A stretch of 64,000 nt of DNA from Blepharisma stoltei ATCC 30299 (GCA_965603825.1 CBFDEM010000030.1:572331-636330); one strand, 5' to 3'; counted from the first letter of the stretch, positions 1-11,631 are shown. Numbers and translations: made by a program. Notes: generated from the sequence alone by a model not told the origin.

Positions 1-768
1 TTTGGTATCAGGATGATAAGGGCAGTTTCCAAACCTTTTTGGCTTTTCTGAAATATTTATCCTTTTGTGTTTCTGCATTAATCTGTTTCCACGGTTATGA
101 TGGTCGTCATCACAGTCTAAACATAAAGAAGCTTCGTCAGCTTCACAGTAAACAACAGCTTGAGCTTCTTGGCAAATATCACAAATCGGAGCATTTAGTC
201 CTTCTTCCAAATTAGGGTCTAATTCGAAATGCACTACAAATAAGGCCAAAAGCTGAGAGGGGTCAAAAATCCCATAATTGTGATTATACGAGCTCTCCTC
301 ACTTGAAGGGTTATAAAGGTAAATTGAGTCATATCCACGAGGGACTTGAAGAGAGTCACTTTCTACAGTCGCAGCATTGATTGAATAGCTTTTCCCAATA
401 CCTACTTTTACCAGCAGAAATTCATAAGTCTTATTATACGCTAAAGGTCCATTCGCAAGCTGCACATTCCCTATACGAAAATAAACCCCACCTGGAGGGC
501 ATTTAAATCCTTTACTACAGACGTCTTCTAGTCTATTGTTTTCATCTAAGCTTGAAGTGTCAATTCAAGAGTCTAAAACTAACACACCTTGTGTCCGCTT
601 ATCAAAGTTAATAGCTTGATGAGCGCTTGCAACTGACCAAATTTGTTTGACGACAGGAGCTGTAGAACCTATAGAGAGTTGCAAAGAATACTCTAATTGA
701 GCCCATTCATTGCTCGTAGGTGCAATTTTTGTTTGTCGAAGTAAAAAATCTCTTGATAAAGATGACAT
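1..768 (-). CDS. B-box zinc-finger protein with an N-terminal PARP/ADP-ribosyltransferase-like region (3' end outside window)
   Basis: Track ORF 565..768 continues through TGA (Trp) without a stop to base 1. Contains CDICQEAQAVVYCEADEASLCLDCDDDHH (B-box), the start of a second B-box (CPYH), and FLLVKVGIGKSY...PRGYDSIY...YGIFDPSQLL, which resembles the PARP catalytic-fold C-terminal strands. Confidence 0.8.
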
Positions 769-848
769 AGTTAAATTATGAATTTATATTTGAAATAGAT
801 GATAGTATTTATAATTAATTCCGGTATTGGAAGAAAGCTAGAAATGAT

Positions 849-1748
849 TTAATTATTCATAAACTCAATAAATCTTCTTACTTCTTCTGCCGAGCCTACA
901 CATAAAGCACTTTTATGCTCATAGCCGTCTACAACTATGTCTAAAACTGGGCCGTTTACACCATATGCTTCTCCTCCAGCGATTTCGATTAGTCTAGCAA
1001 TTGGAGCACACTCATATAAGAGTCTTAATTTAGCAGGGGCTGACTCTGTAACTGGGCTTGAAAAAATCCCGCTTCCTTTAATAAAAATTTGGTATGTATC
1101 TGGTGCTAAACCACCTGTATATCTAAGGGTGAAGCCTTGGTCTTCCCAATGTCTAACAAGGTTTTTATACCCATCATGCTTGCATTGAGCTCTCAAATTA
1201 GCTGGTGCAAATAGCTTGGTTTTATTGGCGATCTTCAAGTTTTCTCTTGTTTTTACCCATTCTCCTCTAGTCAATGTATACGTGCTTACTGTGCTATTTT
1301 CAATTGATTTAGCAGTCCAATCGCTTTTTTCTTCTAAAAGCACAGTGGTTCTTGACCCATAAATAACCATTGCAGCAAACACTAAATCTCTTCCGCTAGC
1401 TCCAATTATATTCTCTACATCCCAAACCCCAAAAATCGTCCCCACACTAAAATTTGTATCAATGATAGAACTGCCATCCAAAGGGTCAAAAGTGACGACA
1501 AAATGCTCCCCTCCCATTTCCTGTGGCACTGGATTTTCTTCACTTAGCGCAAACCTACATTTTCCTCTTAAAGAGGTGAAAAGTTCTTCATTGCTTAATA
1601 AATCAGCACGCAATTGATGCTCGCCGAATGCATTTTGTGAGCCAACACCCATACTGACGTCTCCACTGTCACGTAAAATTTGAGAAATTGATACTGCGGC
1701 TGAAAGAAGGGCATCTTTTATAGAGATTAAGCTTTGCTGTTTGTCCAT
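849..1748 (-). CDS. Sedoheptulose-1,7-bisphosphatase (class I FBPase/SBPase family)
   Basis: FDPLDGSSIIDTNFSVGTIFGVW, LRYTGGLAPD and AKLRLLYECAP match the SBPase branch of the family. Start placed at MDKQQ (1748); an upstream ATG at 1781 is also possible. Confidence 0.85.
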   Translation of the reverse strand: MDKQQSLISIKDALLSAAVSISQILRDSGDVSMGVGSQNAFGEHQLRADLLSNEELFTSLRGKCRFALSEENPVPQEMGGEHFVVTFDPLDGSSIIDTNFSVGTIFGVWDVENIIGASGRDLVFAAMVIYGSRTTVLLEEKSDWTAKSIENSTVSTYTLTRGEWVKTRENLKIANKTKLFAPANLRAQCKHDGYKNLVRHWEDQGFTLRYTGGLAPDTYQIFIKGSGIFSSPVTESAPAKLRLLYECAPIARLIEIAGGEAYGVNGPVLDIVVDGYEHKSALCVGSAEEVRRFIEFMNN

Positions 1749-1820
1749 ATTGTAGAACCTCTTTATAAGAAATTTTATCATAATAAATTATCTAGGTAAT
1801 TATATAGAAATTATAATAAA

Positions 1821-4800
1821 TTAAAAGTCAAGATCAGCCACTTCTTGGAACTGATCAATGCTAGAATGTACTGACGAAGGAGCTGCACCTGACGAAGTTC
1901 TCGCCTGCTTAAAATGTGAAGAGCTACCTGATATAAAGCTAGAGCTCTTTGGTCTATCTGAATCCGTAGATCTATTCAAAATTGATGAAGCAGGTCTTGA
2001 TAAAGCTGGGTTTAGTATAGTCTTAATCAGCCCTTGGCATCTCTTAAACTGCCTGCCAGAAGTCTTGTAATTTAATAATACATCAGTAAAGAGCATGGCT
2101 GCCAAGTTTTCCTCAATCCAATCATTCCTAATAGAATCCGATAAAAACTCCTTAATTGACCTATAAATATTGTCATATTGGTCATGAAGCTTCATTAATA
2201 TCATTTCTTCTGTAAAGTTCCCTCTTGATCTTGCAAGCTCTGGAGCCAAAAACGGCTCAGGCACAAATCTTGCTAAGGCTAGGATAAACCCAATAAGCTC
2301 TTCTATAGACTTCACGTTGAGACGATTGTTTTGCCTCATATATGTATTGCATAATCCTTCTAAGACTGGCATAGAAATTTCTTCTGTGAAGGCGGTGATT
2401 TTTCTGCCGAGTTTTATGAGCTTTTCTTTGGCGTATCTTATAAGTTCGTCTATCATAGAAATTCTTTGCAGGATAGGAACACTGTTTAAGGTAGGATTTT
2501 CTATTAGTTTTATTGGCTCAGAATTCCATACGCTGGATCTTTCAGATTGAGTAGGAGACATTGGCTCAGGTCTTGGGGAAACTCCTTGTGGGCTTGTAAT
2601 GCTCATTAAATTTTTGCGGGAACCATGTGAGGAATTTAGGGAATTATCATTTTCTCTGATTGGTGACAGACTGGGTTTTTCCTTTTTGAGCTCTTCAAAT
2701 GAAGGCTGAGAAGTGTGGACACTTATAGAGCGCTGACGTTCTGCAGGTTTCTTCTCTGAAAAGTTTGATAAATAAGGGTTGTCAAGCTGCCCTGAGTCTT
2801 CTAAGCTAGCTTCTATGTCAATTTCAGGGATTTTTCCTAAGGTATTTTGAGAAATTGAGCTTGGAATTTGATTTTTGGCACCTTCTTTTTGAGTTTTTGA
2901 TTCTGGCTTCGGCGGGAGTTTTTCATTTGGCTTATTTTGATATGGAATTTGCTGTACATCAATTGGCTTATTTTGTTGAACTTCTACAGGTCTTGCTTGC
3001 TGGGCAGGTCTATTTTGTTGGACTTCTACCGGCTTATTATAATTCTGTTGCACTTCTACTTGGTTATGTTGTGGTGTCTGATAAGGATTTTCCATATTTC
3101 TTGGTGATAGCCTTGAGGAGTCAGTTTTTAGCGTATAAATTTCAAACTCGCTCTCTTCTTCTGTATGGATTGAACCTGCCTTGATTACTGGGACTTTTTG
3201 AGCTTGTTCTGGATTTTTATTTTTTAAAATTAATGCTGGGGGCTGAACATCAACGTCAATTACTTGCTGGGTTCCTGATGGAGGCTTGGCTTTTCCCTGA
3301 TCTGAGACTGTAAGTGGTATTGGGGATGGCTTGGATTTTTGTTGGACTTCTTGCTGATATTTATCAGGCTCATACTGATTTTTGCTTTTGACGACTACAG
3401 GGATTTGGTCTTGGGATTCAATTGGCACTCCTCGAGGGGATGGATCTTTTATTGTTTGGTATTGTTGAGGCTTCTGAGCTGGCCTAGGCTCAGGCTCATT
3501 TTGTTTATACCCTTGTGAAGGACTATTATCTTGGCTTCCTCTTCTAGATCTATTTTGCCCTTTGCTATATGGGTTTAGGTCGACATCTCCATCATCAACT
3601 TCGAATTTATTTGCAATTTGACTAAAAGCTTTAGTCTCAGGCTCATTTTTACTACTGGGCCCACTTCTATTGACTTTTTCTTCATTTTTATTGCTTCCTA
3701 TAGACCCTATCCTATTATGTTCACTGCCAATATCTAAATTAGGGTCATATTTATAGATATCTTGCTTTTTCACAGGAGACGCAGGTCTTTCATAAGGGTT
3801 TTCTTGTGGCTTTATAGGAGATGAAGGCCGCTCATCTGACGACAAAATAGGTATCCCTTCAATAGAATCTCCTTTAGGTAAAGAAGGGTGCAAAGGTGAG
3901 GAAATTTCTAGAGGAATATTTTCATATCCGTGCTGAGGTGGGGTCTGTATAGGAATTGATGGAGGTCTTCTGTCAGGAATTGGCCGCTCTTCAGGGACTT
4001 TGGTGTTTCTTTCAGCTTGCCCAAAAGTAAAAGTTCGTGCGCCGCCTTGGCCTTCTTCAGGTTTGGGCTGAGGGATGCTTAAAGTGTCTTGTGGAGGCTG
4101 CTGAGATGGCTGTGGCAGCTGCTGAGGAGGCTGTTGAGGTGCCTGCTGGGGTGGTTGAGCCTTTTTATTCATGATAATCTGCTGGAATTCATATAACGCA
4201 TTATTAGAATCCTGCCCAGAAGACGAAGTATACTCAGGAGTGACTGGCCTCATTTGGTTATCCCTTCTCAGTGAAAATTCTTGAGGCAAATGTGCATTAG
4301 GTGTTGTCAGTCTTTCTTTATTTTCATCAAAATTCATAGCTGGAGAAGTTGAAGGTCTCCAAAGCTCTTTTGCATCTTGAATCTCTACCGTTTCCATCGT
4401 AAAGCTTTTTTCCGCTACTTCTCTCGCGAATTTTATATTTTCAGCTGTTTGTCTTCTTCTATCTTCAATATCCTTATAAATCGAGCTCTGCAGCTTACTC
4501 ATAAAAATTTTCCTCTGCTCTTCCTGTATATATGCATCTTCTAAAATTTTTTCTCTCTGCAAGCTCATCGCATAGTCATTTTTCAGTTCTTTTACATACT
4601 CTTCTTGTGTTTGTAATATCAAATTATGAGCATCCAATTTTTTTTTAAAATCATCTTCAGATATGCTTTTTCTCTTTTTCAGGTCTTCAAATGATTTCAT
4701 ATACTTCTGTTTTTCAAACTCAATAGGATCTTTTACAGCTTCAGCCCATTGTGGATAATGCGCGGTGACCATTTCGCCAAATTGCTGTTTTGCGGTATTT

Positions 4801-5072
4801 AGCCTTTCCCTTGATTTTTTCAAAGCACTGGCACTTGTCTGCTCACTAAATTGGTTTATTGAGTTTAAAACCTCCATAATTACTTTTTGATTGCGGGAAT
4901 ATGCAGAGTCTTGCTGTTTTTGTAATATTTTTATTTCATTTTCTATAGTCCTGGTGCGGAGAACTGAGTTCTGCATGTCATGGGCTTCTCGAAGTTTCGC
5001 TTTTCTTTCAAGTTTGAGCCTTTCTTGTCTGAGGGAAGAAATTTTTGGGTCTAAAAGTCTCACTTTTTCCAT
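1821..5072 (-). CDS. 1083-aa protein with N-terminal coiled coil and Q/P/S-rich disordered middle; possibly Kizuna-like centrosomal protein
   Basis: Single long ORF ending in TAA. The N-terminal RLKLERK...D...AYSRNQ spacing recalls the Kizuna N-terminus (from memory, unverified). Confidence 0.7.
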   Translation of the reverse strand: MEKVRLLDPKISSLRQERLKLERKAKLREAHDMQNSVLRTRTIENEIKILQKQQDSAYSRNQKVIMEVLNSINQFSEQTSASALKKSRERLNTAKQQFGEMVTAHYPQWAEAVKDPIEFEKQKYMKSFEDLKKRKSISEDDFKKKLDAHNLILQTQEEYVKELKNDYAMSLQREKILEDAYIQEEQRKIFMSKLQSSIYKDIEDRRRQTAENIKFAREVAEKSFTMETVEIQDAKELWRPSTSPAMNFDENKERLTTPNAHLPQEFSLRRDNQMRPVTPEYTSSSGQDSNNALYEFQQIIMNKKAQPPQQAPQQPPQQLPQPSQQPPQDTLSIPQPKPEEGQGGARTFTFGQAERNTKVPEERPIPDRRPPSIPIQTPPQHGYENIPLEISSPLHPSLPKGDSIEGIPILSSDERPSSPIKPQENPYERPASPVKKQDIYKYDPNLDIGSEHNRIGSIGSNKNEEKVNRSGPSSKNEPETKAFSQIANKFEVDDGDVDLNPYSKGQNRSRRGSQDNSPSQGYKQNEPEPRPAQKPQQYQTIKDPSPRGVPIESQDQIPVVVKSKNQYEPDKYQQEVQQKSKPSPIPLTVSDQGKAKPPSGTQQVIDVDVQPPALILKNKNPEQAQKVPVIKAGSIHTEEESEFEIYTLKTDSSRLSPRNMENPYQTPQHNQVEVQQNYNKPVEVQQNRPAQQARPVEVQQNKPIDVQQIPYQNKPNEKLPPKPESKTQKEGAKNQIPSSISQNTLGKIPEIDIEASLEDSGQLDNPYLSNFSEKKPAERQRSISVHTSQPSFEELKKEKPSLSPIRENDNSLNSSHGSRKNLMSITSPQGVSPRPEPMSPTQSERSSVWNSEPIKLIENPTLNSVPILQRISMIDELIRYAKEKLIKLGRKITAFTEEISMPVLEGLCNTYMRQNNRLNVKSIEELIGFILALARFVPEPFLAPELARSRGNFTEEMILMKLHDQYDNIYRSIKEFLSDSIRNDWIEENLAAMLFTDVLLNYKTSGRQFKRCQGLIKTILNPALSRPASSILNRSTDSDRPKSSSFISGSSSHFKQARTSSGAAPSSVHSSIDQFQEVADLDF

Positions 5073-5092
5073 TTTTGAATATATGGATATAA

Positions 5093-6421
5093 ATGGAACT
5101 TCTAATCGATAATCAACCAGCTTCTATTGCAGCAGGGGTGGTAAATGAATATGCAAGGGCCAATGCTAAAAATATCGAGCTATCAAAAGTTGCTGCGAAA
5201 CATTTGAAACTAAAATTACCTTTGCTTGTAAAAGATTCGACAATTGAGTTCCCATTGTCTATTTTGACAACACTTTTAGAAGTCCAAAGAGTCGGACCTA
5301 TTCTTTATGGTGCTAACTCTATTGAAAAAGCCCAAACAAGTGGCTGGGTAGAAGCAGCCAACACGATGCCGCCTAAGGAGTTTATTTCACTATTAGAAAA
5401 CAAGCTTCTGACAAGGACTTTTCTGGTCTCCAATCACATCACGATTGCTGATATTGCTGCTTATGCAGTGATTCAGCCTGTGATTTTGTCACTTTCTAAT
5501 AGTGAAAGATTACAGTACGTCTGTGTCTTAAGATGGGCTTCACATTTACAGTCCTTGCCTGGGTTAAAAGAAAAGCTGCCTCATGTCCCAGTCCCTGAAA
5601 GGAGTTTTGAAGTTCCTCATGCACTTGTTAAAGGGCCAGCTGTAGAAGAGCTGAAAGCACCTCCAAGCCATAAGCTTAACCCAGAGGATCTTGCACATAG
5701 AAAGAGCACTGATGAAAGAAGCTCTAAAAGAAGCAGCATTCATGAAGAGTTCAAGTCTCCTAAAGAAAAAAAGGCTAAAGAAGATAAGAAAAAGGCTCAA
5801 GAAGAAACAAAAGCTCCTCAGGAAAAGAAAAAAGAAGAAAATAAAGGTCCACAAGAGAAAAAGCCGAAAGGGGAAGCTAAACCTCAAGAGAAGAAAAAAC
5901 CAGCTAAAGCTGAAGAAGCACCTGAAGAAGGCGGCGACGCATTCCAATACTTAGAACTCAGGGTTGGGAGAGTAGAAAAAGTATGGAGACACCCAGAAGC
6001 TGACAGACTGTTCTGTGAAACTGTTGATTTAGGGGCAGAAAAAAGAACAGTGGTATCAGGACTTGTCGGACATATCACAGAAGAAGAATTCACTGGAAAA
6101 CTAGTTGTTTTGCTTGCCAATTTAAAGAAAAGCAAACTTAAAGGTGTGGTCTCAGAAGCAATGGTCTTGGCTGCCAAAAATGAAGGAACAGTAGAGCTTG
6201 TTTCTCCTCCAAATGGCAGTAAGCCTGGAGACCTGATTTCCGTTGAAGGAATCCCATTCACCCCTTCGAGAATTCTTCCTGAAAAGAAAAAATATTGGGA
6301 AACCGCTACAAAGTCTTTAGGAATTTCTCCTGAAGGAGTCATCATTTACAGAGATCTACCATTGAGGACTGAAAATGGACCATTGGTAGCCCCTACCCTT
6401 AGAGCAGGAATAATATCCTAA
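5093..6421 (+). CDS. Arc1p/AIMP1-like aminoacyl-tRNA synthetase cofactor (GST-like N-domain, Lys/Glu linker, EMAP-II/OB tRNA-binding domain)
   Basis: RTFLVSNHITIADIA (GST-C-like); LELRVGRVEKVWRHPEADRLFCETVDLG...RTVVSGL...LANLKKSKLKGVVSEAMVL (tRNA-binding OB fold). Confidence 0.9.
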   Translation: MELLIDNQPASIAAGVVNEYARANAKNIELSKVAAKHLKLKLPLLVKDSTIEFPLSILTTLLEVQRVGPILYGANSIEKAQTSGWVEAANTMPPKEFISLLENKLLTRTFLVSNHITIADIAAYAVIQPVILSLSNSERLQYVCVLRWASHLQSLPGLKEKLPHVPVPERSFEVPHALVKGPAVEELKAPPSHKLNPEDLAHRKSTDERSSKRSSIHEEFKSPKEKKAKEDKKKAQEETKAPQEKKKEENKGPQEKKPKGEAKPQEKKKPAKAEEAPEEGGDAFQYLELRVGRVEKVWRHPEADRLFCETVDLGAEKRTVVSGLVGHITEEEFTGKLVVLLANLKKSKLKGVVSEAMVLAAKNEGTVELVSPPNGSKPGDLISVEGIPFTPSRILPEKKKYWETATKSLGISPEGVIIYRDLPLRTENGPLVAPTLRAGIIS

Positions 6422-6443
6422 TTAACTCTTAGGTAATTAATAA

Positions 6444-8249
6444 ATGGCATTTTATCATAAATGCATAAGATTCAGCTCTTTTTTGCCATACAAACCAAAC
6501 CTTTTTCTCATTAGCAAACGATCATTTACAAATGAAATATTAAAGCAAAAAGTAAATATTGATAATATTGATAGAATGCTATTCAGTATAAAACAATCTC
6601 ATAATTTTGCATATGTGGCCAATGAATTCAAGGAAATTTTGGATCACAATAGACTTGATCATAAACAGCTCGTGTATGCCACTTATATAGCTCATATAAA
6701 TTATAAGAACAATCAAGAATTTATGCAAGTAGCTTTGAAAAAAATAGAAAATGAGCTAGCAGAGAAAATTAATGAGTTCCCTTATGATTCCAGGTGCACC
6801 ATTATAAGAAATTTAATGGAAGCGACTAAAAAAGGATATAATTTATCAAACAAGGAGCTAGGAAAAGCTATTTTGGCTTCAATTTTTATTGAAAAAGATA
6901 AACCAAAATATTCGAAATTATTGTTCAGTGTGGCTTTAATGACACATAATTTTGAGGCTCTAGGTCTTGATTATAAAAGTAAATTCAAAGAGCTTGAACC
7001 ATTGCTAACCCCTGAATTTCTTGATAAATTATGTTTGAAAGATTTATCGATTCTCCTTTCTGCTTTCAAGCTTTATTACCAAAAAATCTTTCATATTGGC
7101 TATCGTATTGTAAACCCTATGCCACTCTTCGAAAACTCTGAAAAAATCATCTTAAAATCCATTACAAACACAACAAATGCCAACGATTTATACTGAATCC
7201 TTTTTAGTTACATTTCCCTCAACACAGGCACAGAAGATTTTATTCGGCATTTAGAAAGCCTTATTCTTCCAAGACTGCACGAATTAACACAATTTAACTT
7301 CAATGGCTTTCCTTTTCTATATAAACTCCGATATTCCTCAGACCAGAAATACATAATATACGTGATATGAAAAGCTTATTATGAAGAATTGATTAATAGA
7401 TTTCCTAAATTATCTGCAAAGGATATGTCAGTAGTAATATACCGCATGTGGTGGTCTTCAAGTTTGCATGGGTTTTATTGTGACTCACGGCTAATTTCAC
7501 TATTACAAAATTTTTTAAATGAAGAAAGATTTATACTTTCTTTGCCTGAAAGAGATGGATATGAGCTTGTCACAAATATTTCTGCATTTTTGACACATGC
7601 TGCGTTTATGGACGACGAAAATGTTGTATCGAGAATTTCTGATCTACTTATTAAATTACAAAAAGGAGCCACAGATAAACTTGTAATGTCGTCGACTAAT
7701 ATAATGTCTAGGCACTTGAATGTCCCCAATCGCTTTTGGGACATTTTTCTAGAGAGATTTCCGAGCGTTTCTCGAGCTGGTTCTCATGAAAATGACTGCT
7801 ATTTGTTCTCAATTTATTTAAATGTGACATTAAATAATGCTGAAATGAAAGGAAAATTTGAAGAAATTTTCAAGCCGATATTGCCAAGAATCATCAGAAA
7901 TTGGAAAGATTCTTCGACAGATAGCGTATCTAGCAAAAAACAGGGCTACCTTCATAAAATTGTGGAGGATATTTTGAAAAAAAATGAGATTAAGTATGAA
8001 AAGGAATTTTATGATGACTATTATATTGATTTAGCTTTGCCTGATTATAAGCTAGCGATAGAAATAGAAGGGCCGAATCATTATATTTATCCAGCAACAA
8101 AGATTAATGGAAAAACTTTAAATAAAATTAGGAATTTAGAGAAAAAAGGGTGGAGGGTCTTGCAGTTAGCATTTTATCATTATAGGGAGTACAATATAGA
8201 GCAGATGATAAAAGAATGCGTTCGTGTATGCTCTCCAATCAAGTTTTAA
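6444..8249 (+). CDS. RAP-domain (FASTK-like) helical RNA-binding protein, probably mitochondrial, 601 aa
   Basis: Track ORFs 6444..7196 and 7389..8249 are in one frame, joined through two TGA codons. C-terminal YYIDLAL...LAIEIEGPNHY...KIRNLEKKGWRV is a RAP motif; N-terminus is presequence-like. Confidence 0.85.
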
Positions 8250-9167
8250 TGAATTATCCTTTTCTAACTTTGGCTTTTTTAAGTAAATTTTTGCTGCATG
8301 AAATGTTGAAGTTCATGACTTTATTGTATTAAATAGTTTAACGTTGAAAAAAGCCATTATAATAGCATTTTAAGTCGCAATCCAAATTAATTTGTTTAAA
8401 TATGCCTTTATCATAGAATTTTTCAGCGCGTTTAATTCTCCTCCCAAATTAGCATCTTTTCCACTCATATTTCATTTTTTAAATATCTGTTTTTTACTAA
8501 TTTCGATACATAGGAATAATTGACTTTTAAGATCATTGAAAATATAATATGCTGTTTATCATTCCGACTCTGAAAAAGAGACTCTCATTGAAGTAATCTA
8601 ACAAAATCTGCCTTAAAAATCTTAATAGCAGAGGCTGAAATTTCTTTATTGGGTCGTCAAATATTAAAAATTATGTTTCTGGTATCAAATAGCTTGTAGC
8701 AATTAAGAGAAATATTTGGGTAATCAAAGCAGGGGCTATTTGAAAATCAATAGTACGAGTGCGTTTTGATTAAATGCAAAGGCTATAATAGGGAATTAAG
8801 TAAATGAAATTTTAATTCACTAATGTCTGGAAAAACTGAACATTCACATTTCACAATAAGTTCCTGCTACTTTACCAGGTTTAATTGATTTTCTCATGCA
8901 CCATCACTTTTCACTTAATTTCGAGCTTCCAATTAGCACATTTCTTAGCAAAGCTCCTCATCATCACTTTATATTCTCTTCTTTCAATCAGAAATTAGCT
9001 TCCATTCTTCATTTTCTATCCAAAATTTCTCACATATTATTTATAATTTTCAATTTCAGCAGATTTCTATTTTAAATTAAACAGTTATTATATGATCATC
9101 CTATACAGGCTGATTTTTCTAATGATATTTACATCTACATCTTATAAAACTAATTATAGAAAGTTAT

Positions 9168-9488
9168 TTAATCAAAAGCTCGCTGAACTGCTTCATCCAT
9201 GCTGCTGCACTGTTGCGAAATTGTATACGCCTTTTCACGATCTACACCCATTTCAAGAAGGGAATTAAAAATTTGTTCATTTTGCTTTGGGATTTCATGA
9301 TTATTAGGCACTATTGGCTCTCTTTCTCTAGGTTTCTCTTCAGGTGCAGCATTTTTTGGTTCTAATATAAGAGTGTATGAAGCGTCAAGTTCTACTAATT
9401 CGTGGATGAGTTTTACTGCATTTTCTATTTCTCCTTGAGAGATAGCTTTTCCTAAATTCTCTCCTAGTTGTTCGTAGTTATGTTCCAT
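9168..9488 (-). CDS. Small protein with C-terminal UBA-like domain
   Basis: LLEMGVDREKAYTISQQCSSMDEAVQ resembles a UBA domain; start placed at MEHN. Confidence 0.65.
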   Translation of the reverse strand: MEHNYEQLGENLGKAISQGEIENAVKLIHELVELDASYTLILEPKNAAPEEKPREREPIVPNNHEIPKQNEQIFNSLLEMGVDREKAYTISQQCSSMDEAVQRAFD

Positions 9489-9600
9489 TTTATAAGAAAT
9501 GAATAATGGGTAATTATATTTTTCCAAATAAATCCTTTTTTCAGCTATTAAAAAATAAAATATTCTTTTTAGACTTAACTTTTTTTACTTCTTAAACTAC

Positions 9601-11070
9601 TTAGTTCGTTTTCATTTCTTTAAGATCAGAGGCCACAATAAATGAACACTCGGTATTTGCCTTAATGTGATCCACAGTCACACCATTAGCAACTTCTACC
9701 AGAGTAATTCCTCCTTCTCGTTTGAAATCGAACACTCCAAGTTCAGTTATCAGCATGCTCACAACTTGTTTTCCAGTCAGCGGCAATGTACATTTATTCA
9801 ATAATTTAGGACCTTCTTTAGTCTTATGCTCCATTGTGACGATACACCTAGTAGGGGAAGATACCAAGTCCATAGCGCCACCCATGCCTTTTACCATTTT
9901 TCCTGGGACAATCCAATTGGCGAGGTCTCCATCCTTTGACACTTGTAAAGCTCCTAAAATGCTTAAATGGATATGACCACCTCTGATCATAGCAAAGCTG
10001 TCTGAGCTGTGGAATAAAGAAGCCCCTTTTATAAGGGTCACAGTTTCTTTTCCTGCATTAATAAAATCAGCATCTTCTTCACCTGGTCTTGGGTATGGGC
10101 CCATTCCCAAAATCCCGTTTTCACTTTGCAAATAAATTTTAATGCCTTGTGGTAAGAAATTAGGGACTAAAGTTGGCATACCAATACCAAGGTTCACAAA
10201 CATGCCATTTTTAAGTTCTTGGGCAGCTCTCCGAATAATTCTTTCTCTGAGAACTTTGGCTTCTCCTTTGCCAGGGACTTGTATTTCAGCTCCAGTATTA
10301 AGGGTTCTCCTTTCAATTGGCTTTAAATAAGTTGGTCCTTTTATGATACGGTGAACATAGACAGCTGGGGTATGGATTTCTGATGGGGCGATTTCTCCTG
10401 GCTCGACTAATTCTTCCACTTCTGCAATTGTGAGCTTTCCTGCCATGGCACAAAGAGGGTTGAAGTTCATAGCTGACCCTCGGTAGACAAGGTTGCCTAG
10501 TTTGTCGCCTTTCCACGCTTTGACGAGGGCGTAGTCTGTTGTGATTGATTTTTCGAGGATATAGTTTTTGCCGTTAAACTCACGTGTTTCACGAGGCTCA
10601 GAAGCAACTTCCACTCCGCTGCCACCTGGTTTATATTTGATAGGGAAACCACCGTTGCCGATCACAGTGCCGTATCCTGCTGGGGTGTAAAATGCAGGAA
10701 TTCCAGCACCACCAGCCCTTAACTTTTCTGCTAGTGTTCCTTGTGGCGTAATTTCAAGCTCCAGCTGGCCTGATATATACTCTTTTTCAAAAAAGGCATT
10801 TTCTCCTACGTAAGAAGCCACGACTCTTCTAACTTGCTTCTTTTCAAGCAGCTGAGCAAGACCATACCCGTCAACAGCACAGTTATTTGAGACCAAGGTT
10901 AAGTTATTCAAGTTTAAATCAGCCAAAGCCTTGATAAGGTTTTCAGGGACTCCTGAATTTCCAAAGCCACCTACAGCTAAGGAAGCTCCAGATTGGATCC
11001 CTTCTACGGCTTCTGACACGCTTGAACAAATTTTTGCAGCGAAGTTTCGTCTGGCAAAGCGTGCAAGCAT
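9601..11070 (-). CDS. OXCT1: Succinyl-CoA:3-ketoacid CoA transferase (SCOT), mitochondrial
   Basis: [28 protein letters not shown] (catalytic Glu), GMGGAMDLV; N-terminal presequence [10 protein letters not shown]. Confidence 0.96.
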   Translation of the reverse strand: MLARFARRNFAAKICSSVSEAVEGIQSGASLAVGGFGNSGVPENLIKALADLNLNNLTLVSNNCAVDGYGLAQLLEKKQVRRVVASYVGENAFFEKEYISGQLELEITPQGTLAEKLRAGGAGIPAFYTPAGYGTVIGNGGFPIKYKPGGSGVEVASEPRETREFNGKNYILEKSITTDYALVKAWKGDKLGNLVYRGSAMNFNPLCAMAGKLTIAEVEELVEPGEIAPSEIHTPAVYVHRIIKGPTYLKPIERRTLNTGAEIQVPGKGEAKVLRERIIRRAAQELKNGMFVNLGIGMPTLVPNFLPQGIKIYLQSENGILGMGPYPRPGEEDADFINAGKETVTLIKGASLFHSSDSFAMIRGGHIHLSILGALQVSKDGDLANWIVPGKMVKGMGGAMDLVSSPTRCIVTMEHKTKEGPKLLNKCTLPLTGKQVVSMLITELGVFDFKREGGITLVEVANGVTVDHIKANTECSFIVASDLKEMKTN

Positions 11071-11631
11071 TTTTATATTCTAAGAATGGATAATAATATG
11101 AAAAATAGGCCAACAATTGTATGCACCGGATTTTGCATTAGTAGTTATTGACTAGGATAATGAAATAGGCTTTTATTTAAAATAGGTAAAAAAATAGCAT
11201 AAAGGCTGATAAAAGCGATGAATGTCTTGAGTATTTTAAATTAATTTATTCTAAAATAAAATCAAGCACTTAGTTAAATGAAACAATATAAGTAGCTTCA
11301 ATCCGATTGCTGGACAACTCTATTTAGGAAGAAAGCACTTTTATGACTTTCCCCAATTTTAAGCCATACACTCTTACACTCAAAGCAAGGCTAGATAAGG
11401 TTATGGTTTATGCTAAGAAAATAAAAGAGCATCTAATCTACCTCCTAAGACCTCTCCAGAATATTTTCAGTCCCTAAGCCAAGTTCTCAGCTCAAGCAAG
11501 GATAAACTCTTTTATTTCTCCTGATCAGGCTCTTATGGATCAAGATATTCAGATAACTCTAGAATATTTTTGAAGCCAAATGAATAAGCAGACATTTCAC
11601 CATAGCTTACTTATAATAGATAGCGGTAAAA

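Noticed and set aside
5564-6345. Antisense and alternate-frame ORFs over the Arc1p-like gene, and similar ones over SCOT, fimbrin and Pol kappa
   Set aside because: No motifs; explained by codon bias of the real gene.
8820-9010. 61-codon minus-strand frame that is open if TGA=Trp
   Set aside because: Implausible Trp density (TGA TGA TGA) and no motif; likely non-coding.
11340-11590. Coding-looking stretch upstream of the FYR gene
   Set aside because: Only short frames interrupted by TAA/TAG; no intron solution or motif found.
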